Under the pieces are notes generated by a model. The model did no database searches, had not been told where the DNA came from, and saw only the letters and a program-made list of their open reading frames with translations. From positions 5,058,760 to 5,122,759 of the forward strand of contig CM082576.2 of assembly GCA_040954595.2 (NCBI GenBank): 64,000 nucleotides of DNA, read 5' to 3'. The stretch comes from Balanoglossus misakiensis (Eukaryota; Animalia; Hemichordata). Positions 12,018 to 22,561 of the stretch are shown in pieces; the stretch's first letter is position 1; each line of letters opens with the position of its first letter. Position numbers and translations under genes: made by a program.

Positions 12018-15000
12018 CTCGACACCCCCCTTGCTGTCCAAGAAGTGGTTATTTTTTAAAAAGTTGAAAAAATTCAAATAATATACATACATATGCAAGA
12101 GTTCCTGGGATACTATATGTATGTGTGGAGTACAGTACAGTACAGTGCAGTTTATGTTTTCTTGTCTTGGTGATGGCAATTTAGTCGCTCGTGTCAACCG
12201 CTGTGAGAAGAAGAGAAAAAGATAACTCAGACCAGGATGTGGTTTCCATCGGTTACAAGAGATGCAGCCGGGTTCCTCTGGACACTGTAATTTCTCTTCA
12301 CTTTTCCGTTCTTCCTCTTTGTTTCTGCGGCAACAAGAAAGTATTTTAAATATTCAGCTAACAAACAGAGACTGCCATCTTGCATGTTTTATTTTAAATT
12401 TTAGTTTTATTTCTCAGCAAAGTATTGTTGTTTTTTTCTTGAGAAAGAAAAGACATCATCGATTATTCTTTAACAGAAACAAGAATACGGAGTCAAGTTT
12501 GCATGTTTCTATCATGGTTCACAAATATTGTAAGACGGAGATACTTTTTTTTGTACAGATTATTCTTTAGAATCTGTTGCAGGGAACAATATCAATACAA
12601 TTCTATCTGTTTCAAAAGTTATGTTTTTCTGACTAGCCAAAGTGACAAGGCAAAACTAACAGACTTATTCTCAGTGATGTTTTTTAGTAACTTATTTTAT
12701 TTTTTCTGCAGTGGGTACCAATCAACTTGTCTCTGCAATAACTCAGCCAAAGATGACATTATCAAGTATCTATTGCCATTTCAAAATACAAAAAAAATAT
12801 ATGGATTTTATTTACTATAATTATTATGATACGATTTTTGTATATATGTACATATTTTAATTCATTTTTTCGTGTATATTTGATTAATTTAAAGTGCTAA
12901 TCAAGAGTTGGGTTCCATATCTTGTGATGCAGTATTTATATGTGGTAGCTTTTATGTAATATTAATTTACAATGGAGTAAAAACGTCAGCAGGGGTAGGG
13001 AAAAGCCAAGGTAAAGGGTTGGGAAGTTTCAGGAACCTGTTCTGTTTAGCCCCCTGGAGGTTATTTTGAACTCACTTGTGTCTTTTGTACAAAAATGATA
13101 AAAAGTTGAAGATTTTTTTTATAGAGGTCTGATAAAAAAAAATAATGGTTGTTATCTGTATTGTCTGCATGGCAATTTTTAATCATGTTTAAATGACTAG
13201 CTTTGTAACATTTTGCTTGAAACGCGAGTCAGTGATTGTATTGGTCACCGTGTCTGTCTATCATGTTTTAATAATTAGGTCTCAGCAAACTGATCGACCT
13301 TCCCAAGGCTTGGACGAATGAAGCGGAAAAAAATGTCCTCTTTTTTTTCCAGATGAAAGATCAAAATATTCTGTTGTGATCAAATGTCTGATCAAATAGT
13401 TCTGATATCTAAACAAGTCTGCAAGTTTCTTTAAAGTAGGTTAAAACATAAACCCTGTGTCTGTGGTTAAAATGACTCTACCACCAAGTCACACACAAAA
13501 ATTCAGAAAGAATTTGATGGAAGTTGGTCAGATTCACGATGTAATTTTTGTTTGTTTGTGTATTCTTTTTTTTTAACAAAGAAGCTTGGGAGTGCGATTG
13601 TCAATCTTGAATGACCTAAATGCTTGTATATATAAATGCCGTAGACGATCAAGTGGTGTTTGAATAGTCCAGCAGGTAACAGCAACACTGAGATTGAAGT
13701 TATAGCGCCCTCTAACACAATTTAAGTCAGTACAAATCTGCAGCTAGACATAATCATCAAGAACTCATATTTTTTACTGTTTTAGTATTTTGAAGTCAGT
13801 CTGCTTCAGGTATGCATACTTAGATACAATTTATGAAAGTTTCTAAACATTATAAGGAAAATTGTGTATTTTTATACAAATGTTTCTACCGGTACTAAGA
13901 ACTGTCGGAAAAACTATAGCAATATTCAGTCACAGTTTGCCTGTTCTGTTGTCTATAAGCTGCATGTCTTAATTCCTCAAATCTGTGTCAGAATTATTCT
14001 GGTAATCTGTGATAGGCCTCTACATTCCACAGGAAGTAAGGCTGATCAGCTCAACTGTCAGAAAACTTCAACTAAGCATGTGTATTCAAAGCAAATGTCA
14101 AAGGGTCTGAATATTCAAATGTTGTCAACTTTTAGTATTAGACGCTTGCCCGAAGTGAAAGCTTGTTGTCTGTGTCTCTCAGAATCTCACTTTAGCAGTA
14201 GAGTAGATTTTTTTAGATGTTTCATGCCTGATTTTTGATACCAAAAAGTGCAATTTCCTGTAAAATGAACCACATTTGCCAAAGTTTTGTAGCATGTGAT
14301 GATGATATTGTTGTTATATCAAATACAATGTAGTGTGTAGCATTGTAGTTGCTCTTAAAACTTTGAGGGGTTATACATGTATCTGTTCTGAAAGAAACAT
14401 AGCGTATTTAAAGGACCAAATTTTTTTCTGATCTTGTGTGCATTCTGTGCACCCAAAAAAATTAAAAATGAATAAAACCCAGATATTTGTAAGAAGATGA
14501 CGAGGAGGGCTAAGCAGATCAGTGGATGTAGCAGAAAACCATGCACCCCCGTGCGAAAGATGGCTTGTTCTCATTGGACAGTATAATCTCATTTGACAAA
14601 TCATGGTGTCTCCATTGAACAAAGCAAACCACTCAGAAGACATCTTTCAAATGTGGGCGGATGGTTAGTTTAGATGAAAACCATACACCCCTGAGAAAGA
14701 TATGGCTTACCTTCATTGATTTAATTACAAGCTGGTCAATCACAGCGGCAGGTATGAAAGTGAGCACTATATGTATTCAGAAGATATCTTTCGAATCGGT
14801 GTGTGGTTTTCTGATATTTTGTAGATATGTAAAGCTTTTGTATCAATTGATACAAAACAAAAGTATGTAGATTTCTAAACAATCATGGCTATCCAAACTG
14901 AGAAGACTTGGGAAAGTGCTGTATAATGCTCTCCAAGTTCAGTTTATTGTCAATTTTTGTTTTTATTTTAATTTTTTGCTGTGGTCAGAAGTAACCTGTG

Positions 15001-15127
15001 ATGTTGATAATGTTTGTTTATTGCCATACCGCCAAGACCAGTCGTAAACCTATTTCAGTTATTGGAAGTGTTTTTTTCCAGTATTGAATGTATTTGTTGT
15101 GTTCTAGTGAAGAATTTCCCAAAAAAC

Positions 15128-15133
15128 AATAAA
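15128..15133 (+). terminator. Candidate polyadenylation signal for Jagged (implies a ~3.1-kb 3'UTR)
   Basis: AATAAA followed by T/GT-rich sequence, at the end of a long AU-rich stretch. Other AATAAA hexamers exist (for example ~14471). Confidence 0.35.
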
Positions 15134-15961
15134 CACATTTGAAATATTTTATATTGAATAGGGAGATGCCTGTCTTTGGGATTATTTCTTCAGCAAGGTT
15201 TGTTGAAGAACGCTTTTGATTGATTCAGGAGAGATTGGCAGCAAATTGGCGTTGGACTTACACAGTACAGGAAGAGGGGTGAAATTACAGAGATATAATA
15301 CTGCACAACTAATGTCTGGTTGTGTGACACTTACAGCTGATTATTTATTAACATTCAAGATTCTTTTAAAAATATAATTACATATATTATCATCCATCTT
15401 CATGACAGTAGACTGAAATATATAAAAAAATCTGTCTCAAACATGTTGTTATCTGTCTAACCAGTAGTTTTCTGTCAGAAGTCTGGATGTTACATCTGAG
15501 TAATATCATCACTTGTGACCGTATTCACCGAAATATAAAAGTCGTCTTATTAAGGCTTTAAGAAAATCATTTTCAAAAAGAATGACAAAAACAATATGAA
15601 AGGAAAACATTGCAGCAAAGCGTCTTTTTATAGTGTGTCAAAAGTCACACTCTGGACTTTAGTTTTGTCCAAGCAACAAGTAGTTTTTACATCGCATGGA
15701 TGTTTTCTGTGATGTGTCTTTCAACATTAATCATTTTCTTTGATAAATATTCATTTAAAAAATAGTACAGCAGACATGTTGACGGCAAAATGCCAATCAT
15801 CAACAGTGATAAAGAGTACACATAAACAAGTGTGTACAGAAGCACATTTTGATGAGATTTGATCTCAAAAGAGTGACATTCTGACAAATCCATTCAGTAA
15901 TTTAAGTCTGTTTCCTTGTGTCTCAAAACACAAGAAGTTGTTGAGGCAGAAATAACCCCCA

Positions 15962-18900
15962 TCAGTGATCGCTGTAAACTATTTCATTCCACAATTGGGG
16001 GAAGTCCAAATGAGGCATCTCGCGTTGGAGCCGCAAAACACACTCATGGTGGATGCTTGCAAAACGTCGCAGCTGAGGTATCATCATTAAGATCATTCCA
16101 AATCGATCGTGGCCATCAGAACTTTTGCCTATTAGAATAAAAAAAACTAATCATTTAGCTACTGTAACTGAAATGTCAGCAGAACTACGAGAATTTTCTG
16201 AGGGATTTAAAATGAATAAATGTTGAATACTCTGATTCTGGGTTCAAGTGTTTGTGCAATGGAAATCTAACCCATTTAAAGCAAACAAGAGAGATCTCAG
16301 TTCTTACTCAGGCAGTAGTTTTCAAATGATGAGCAAATTCTGTCTTGGAGTTTTTCAATCGGAATCACGTCTTCTAATCCTGGCCAGTCTGCAAAGAATA
16401 GCGAACATACGGAACCTAAATTGTCAGAAAGATTGTGTGTGTGTGTGCATATTTGACAACTATCATAATGTTGATTTTGAGATTTCAGAATATTATCATG
16501 CAGTGTGTTACAGTATGTTACACTGCAACTGAAATAGACGCTTTAGGAACACAACCAACCTTGTTTACATATATGTTCATATATGATTAAAAAGGCATGT
16601 CTAGGTCTTTTGATGGAACATAAGATATATACCGTACACATAAAGAGAAATCTAAGGAACAAAATGTCAGTCACCTGTTGTTATCAGTTGCAAAGCACTG
16701 AGCAGTGCATTTTCAGTGTTGTCCAATTTCAGAGGTGACAAGGCTTCACCATACGTCTGCAATTGAGAGCTGAGAGCAGAGAACTGTGGAAACAACAGGA
16801 TCACTTTCTGTCTCTCTTCTTCGGTCATCGAGAAGTAGTTGTACGTCCTCTTTGTTCTGTTGTAGTCTTTGGCCAGGATGGTCACCACAATTTGAAAGAC
16901 GGCATTCTGCACCATGGTGATTTGATCGCTGATGGGAAAAGAGCGAAATCCTGGTGGGCAGAAATTGTATGAGGGAAACCTCATATTAGTATGTACTAGC
17001 TGCGTGACAGTTCAACAAGTTTAGGCATTTACAAAGCCATGATGTGCAAACAATTTAGTTTCATTTTCCTTTGGGTTTCAACAGGTGTTTGCTCTGAAAA
17101 TTTATGATAAGGTGTCCCATGTGAAGAGGGCTAGGAAAGCTGTTAATAAATAGTCAAAAACACATTGCAAGTTTATGGTTTGGACAGGTTTTCCATAATA
17201 CTCACCAGGAAGTTTCTTGGCAAATTTCAAGACACAGTGGACATGTTTAGAAAACAGTTTCATCATCTTCTCCCACAGTGTATTGGTTGTAATGGACCCC
17301 TCGGTTAGTCTTGGTATTGACGGCGACTGTGGAAAGACAAAGGCACAAATTCAGTCAAGATATGGACTGAAGAGGGCGCAGTCATCCAGAATATGCTTGC
17401 GTTTGTAAATCGTACAACATACAATGTACACCTTTATAAATTAACCCAATCGAAAGACGACATTGACTGCCATGTCCACTGAAAACAGCCACTTGAATAT
17501 TATATGATTGATCTTTTTGTGACAACACATACTTCGTATCTGATTGATTCCAATTCCTCCGCGGCTGACAGAACGGTTTCAATAAAAGAGGCCAACTGAG
17601 GATCTGCCACAGCCACTTGTGGTTTGAACGTCTGCGTTTCATCATCATATGTCATCGGTGGCTGAGAAATTGAAATGAAGTTCCTTGAAACAAACGGCAA
17701 CTCCTTCGCCGGTGTCAGTTCCTGTGTTTCCGCTTGGTCCCGTGCCAGAGGGACCGCGGTTTCCGGAATGTACTCGTTGGGGTCGGCAACCTGCTGGCCC
17801 ACAAACAGATGACGGGTTTCCCAGGTAAATTCCCGTTCGTATTTCACCGGCTGTTCGGGCTGCATGTGGCACAGCAACTCTTCCGTTATGTCAGGATCGT
17901 CCGCCGCGTCCGGATTTCCCTCAGTGTTGATATCGCAAGGCACCACTCCACAGGGGTCTTCCGTAGGCATGATGATGTTGACGGGGCCTTCACGCACCAG
18001 AGGACTATGTGGTTCACTGGCTTCTGCATACTCCATTCTGTGAGGTGGTTGTGATGATGCAGTGGTTGAGGAGTGTGCAGCTCTGTATCTGTTCTGGGAC
18101 GTCCTCCCTTGCCGACGTGCATGTGATGTAGAAGGCAGATGTGATCTCACTCTGGTCTGTGATTTAGACAGTCCCCGGCCCACACTCGGCTCCTTCATAG
18201 CATATGTGTCACCCAAATGCTCATAGTTCTCTGTTGCAGTACTGTACATTGGTGACACCTCTGTGTTGAAATCCAGGCATTCAGTCTTACTGACATGAGA
18301 CTGGTTGTAAGGCAGTTGTGAACTTACAGATGTTGCCACCCTACTAGGTGGCACTTCATTTGGATGTCTGAAATAGTGACTAGATGTAGAATCTGTCTGC
18401 GTCGCAATTCTTTCCTTGAAATCCTGCTGAGCTGTTCTCCCAGTCTGTGTATTTGCAACTGCGTCGCGTGAATAATGATACGCTGTTGCCTCAGCAGACT
18501 GAGATGATGATGAGGCATGTGTTTCTCTGTGTGGATGCTGTAGCAATCCCATGCTGGTTGGCGACGTGCCATCACTGTCACCTGTTGAGGTGCGACTTGT
18601 GCTGACGGCTTGACAGTCAGTGGTACCTGGCTCTGGTGCAGATGCAAAGGTCCCACCAAAACCCAGTTTAGATGGTTGACACTTGTAGCCTACAGCTTCA
18701 CTGTTACTCTCGTCAACTGCAACAACCCTAGCTGCATCACCCGACTGCGACGCCACTGACTGTCCGTGCCGGCAACTGCTGGAAGATCTGGAGCTGTCCT
18801 CCTCCTCCTCCTCTTCAGCTTTCACTGCCTCTGCATCTGACTTGACTGTCTGGCCTTCAGCAACTTGATTTTTACAAGGTTTGAACATGTGCACATAGTG

Positions 18901-20677
18901 AAGATTCCCCTTCAGTATCTGCCGCTTGATGTGGATGGGTTGCCTACCTATTCTGCTGCCTGCAAAAAATACACGTACATCAAATAAGATGAGAGTACCG
19001 GTAAATTTATCGTGAAACAGCAACACAAGAAAGTTCACATTCTAAAGTTAAGTAGAAGTACCGGGTAATGCATAGGACAATCTTTCTTGCACCGAATTAT
19101 TTAATTTTGACAGCTGCATACAATGTACCCCATATACCAGGAAGTATGCATGATCACGTGGGTGTCATGAAAATGTCCCACTGAAGAAAATCAAACTTAA
19201 CACGGAGATTGGTTTTGTCTTTATGTCCTCCTCACCTTCAACACACATTCCCACTGATAAGCACTTGCTGTACCTGCAGTATCGACACGTATTCCGTGTG
19301 CTGGATATGATCTGGCAATCTTTATTCCTTGGACACACATAGCAATCACTGTCTCTTTCCTTAATTGTTCTCCTGAAGAATCCCTACATGCATTGCAATC
19401 AGAAGAATGAACACAGAAGTAGCATGCTATCAAGACTTCAAAAGTTAACGGTCACCTAGATACACCCTTAAACCTTATATGGGCATATGTAAATTAGGAG
19501 TGATTCTATTCCTTTAACTGAATGTTTCTCACCATTCAGTGAGCTCTGAAAGTGATTTGAATTTAAAGTTGTGAAACTAAGAACAGAGGATATTATTTCT
19601 AGTAATAATGCTCTTCTTCATTCTGAAAGATATATCATCTTTGATTTGCTGGAGTGTATATACGCACCTTGCATCCTTCACAGGTTATAGCACCAAAATG
19701 AAATCCCGAGGATTCTGCACCACAAACTTCGCAAGGAATTTTGGAAAACGTCTGACTTGGAGTTTTGGATTCTGCTGTCCGTGCACCTGTTCTCATGAAA
19801 TGCAGACATTTTGTTATAAATGTCAAATTTTCACCAGTAGTATATATATTCTGTGGTTGGCCAGATTGAATCATTGTGAAATGGTCAAATGAATGGCAAC
19901 AAATTTGCTACATCAGATCAGATCATTGACAACAAATTACATTACTCTTACCTTTCCGAGCCATGCCAACTCTGGTACATTTCTGGAGTCTGCAAAACTG
20001 ACACTGTGTTCTCGTTTCTTGGTTGATGACACAATCTTTGTTTTTAGGACACACATAAGTCACACATTCCCCACTCTTGTTTGGTTTGGTACTTCTGATA
20101 AAAAATTTCTGGAGAAAAATAAAGAGAGGTTATTGCAGTCATCCAAGATCAAGATATAACATTTTTACCTGGGTTATTTTCACTAGTGGGCATGAGCAAA
20201 CATACACTGTTACACGTGTGTGCACAATCTTATCATACCATTGTGTTCTATGGATTTTTCAGCTACCATTAATGTTAGATATTAAAAAACCTTTTAACTC
20301 TGAAACTGTCAATTTTCAATCAGTTAAATTATACATTAATCACAAAGTGGGTTATTAAATTTCTAATACAATGCAAAGAACAGCATTATTCAATCTGATA
20401 TTACTTATTACTGATAAGAGTTTATAACTCGATGTTCCAATCCAACTGTTCCATCCACATATCAATCCCACAGTCTCAAGAAAGATGCCAGTACACTACT
20501 TACTTTGCAGGCCTCGCATGCATATGTCCCAAGATGATACCCAGATGATAGATCGCCGCAAATCTGACATGGTATATCCGGTTTCCCTGGAAGTCGAATT
20601 CTGGCAGTAGACCCACCATTTCCTCCTTCGTTGGAACTACATGCTATTTGAGGCACGCTGGTACCCATTCCACTCAT
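15962..20677 (-). CDS. Nuclear receptor with two tandem C4 zinc-finger DNA-binding domains and one ligand-binding domain (2DBD-NR), ~889 aa
   Basis: Nine exons, all GT-AG and in phase, total 2670 nt: 20677-20504, 20108-19952, 19786-19668, 19383-19236, 18959-17533, 17326-17206, 16950-16675, 16388-16308, 16128-15962. DBD1 reads [22 protein letters not shown]|KFFIRS...[33 protein letters not shown]2 reads [22 protein letters not shown]|GFFRRT...[30 protein letters not shown], then GSRIGRQP. The LBD signature is [21 protein letters not shown], and the AF-2-like end is [13 protein letters not shown]. Confidence 0.93.
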
Positions 20678-21154
20678 GATGGTACTTTATTGACGGATAG
20701 AAGTTCCATCAAAATACATCTAAAGCTAGGAGCACGGCCCACTTTTTGGACAGCATGGATCTGTAGTGTTACAATAAATATAAACGTACTTTCAAACTAT
20801 ATAATAATATATAAGACACAGAATGTGGCTTGATTCTGCCTTTTGTCAAGATTTGTCGTTGAATAAACAGCAATAACAGCGTGATGATTGTCACATACTT
20901 AGTACGTCGTATTCAATTCAGTCACTGTAGCATTCAAGTTCAACGCAGTACGTACGGTTGTCTCGTAAACGGGTCATGTATGAACCAAGGATATGCTCGG
21001 CATGCATGAATTCCTGTAAGCTCCAGCCACGTACGTGAACTTATGCAAACACAAGCAAAACGGCGTGTCTCTCTCACGTTCCCCCTAGAAACCAAAGGAT
21101 AAAGTCGGTCTTGACATTGTACACAGCGACGAGATGGCGGAATAGACTCAATCG

Positions 21155-21285
21155 AGGTCGCGGCCGGTCACGAGGTCTAGGTCACACTCAGAACGCCATC
21201 ACAAACTCCCCAGCTTGGTCAAATCAACTATTTACTCCCTAAGTGACAGAATCATTTACGTAGGTCATCTAAGGTGACGAGGTGT
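21155..21285 (+). promoter_or_regulatory. Two clusters of nuclear-receptor half-sites upstream of the 2DBD-NR gene
   Basis: AGGTCG-cggc-CGGTCA-cg-AGGTCT-AGGTCA (21155-21184) and AGGTCA-tcta-AGGTGA-cg-AGGTGT (21262-21285). Confidence 0.5.
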
Positions 21286-21314
21286 GGTTGCAGTTGCTGG
21301 ACACGCTCAATCCA

Positions 21315-21364
<50 letters not shown>
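21315..21364. repeat. (ATG/GAT)n trinucleotide microsatellite, ~16 units
   Basis: Uninterrupted GAT repeats bounded by TCCAA on both sides, in the region between the 2DBD-NR and FEZ starts. Confidence 0.95.
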
Positions 21365-22561
21365 CCAAACGCACTGAGAATAAACCATGATTGGACTACT
21401 TTTTCTTACCAACTCTTCCTTTTAAATTGAATTTAAAATACTGTTGCTTACCAATACCAATAGCATTGAGATCGGTAAAATTAACCCTTTGCATTTAGCC
21501 GAGCAATAGAGAAATAGCGATTTTTTGTTCGTTCTGGTTTGCCCAGTAGATAGCATTTACTGAGGAATTTTTTGAAATACTACTGAAAGTCCTTTGACGT
21601 CGCGTTTTTGGGATTTTTCATATTCATTCGTGCGAATTTCCCGAGGATAAAACTGTTTTGGTTTTAGGGACTGTTCAGAATTAACTTCCAGGAGGGGCGG
21701 AGCATTTTCAGGGGGACCACCCATTTTCTCCAAGAAAAATTAGGGGAGACCAGACAAACTTTTGTATACTTCCCCGGGTAAAAAAATAACGTCGATTCAA
21801 GAAAAGTCCACTTCGACGCCCCCTCATGGATTTTTTTGTGTTATTACTTTGTTTTCAGTGACGACAGCGCACGACAAGACAGGATATGCGACGAGGAAAA
21901 TACTGAAGAAAACAAGCAGTTAATTACATTTCGCGCATCGTATATTGATATTTTGTTGAAATGCGTAAACTTTATTGAGCGTATGGTTTTGTGCAACGTT
22001 GACAGGACAGTCAGACCCATCATTCTTTCATTTGAAACACTTTTTCCGAGTCAGTTTCTGTTTCATTTTTTCTTTCACTTCCCCAGGCTAGGCCTGCATG
22101 GATATGATTTACTTCCATGGCAAATAAACTAAACTTTCTTTTAAAAGAAAGAAAATAGTACCACTTTATAACAGAATCTGTAAATTTAGGCTGGACTGCA
22201 TAAACCGTGACACAGAATACGACAATTCTGAAGTTTGCATTACATCATCGAGAGAGACTGAGACTGAGACTAAATAAATCGAGCATTCTGCATTCCACGT
22301 GAAATGTGTAAGGAAATAGGAAATCTAATGTTGCGCATACTAAAATTTTGCTTAAAATGTCTCGATATGTGTTTTTTTTTACGTTTACTGATATTAAAAT
22401 CATAATTGTGTGTCACAACTTCACTGCACGTAAAACCGTAAATGTATATTTACATACTCGCGCGAAATCTCGCAAGTCACGATAGTGGCCTTTCCACTTA
22501 CAAATGTACACAGATACACCATTCGCGATCGAGGAACGATAGGATGAAGGGAGACGGCAAA

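Noticed and set aside
15962-16030. Apparent truncated or frameshifted AF-2 helix in the nuclear receptor
   Set aside because: On re-reading, the last exon is open through [22 protein letters not shown]. There is no frameshift.
19668-20677. Two first-finger exons read as mutually exclusive alternative 5' exons of a single-DBD receptor
   Set aside because: A complete second-finger exon (20108-19952) lies between them and joins both neighbours in phase, so there are two full DBDs.
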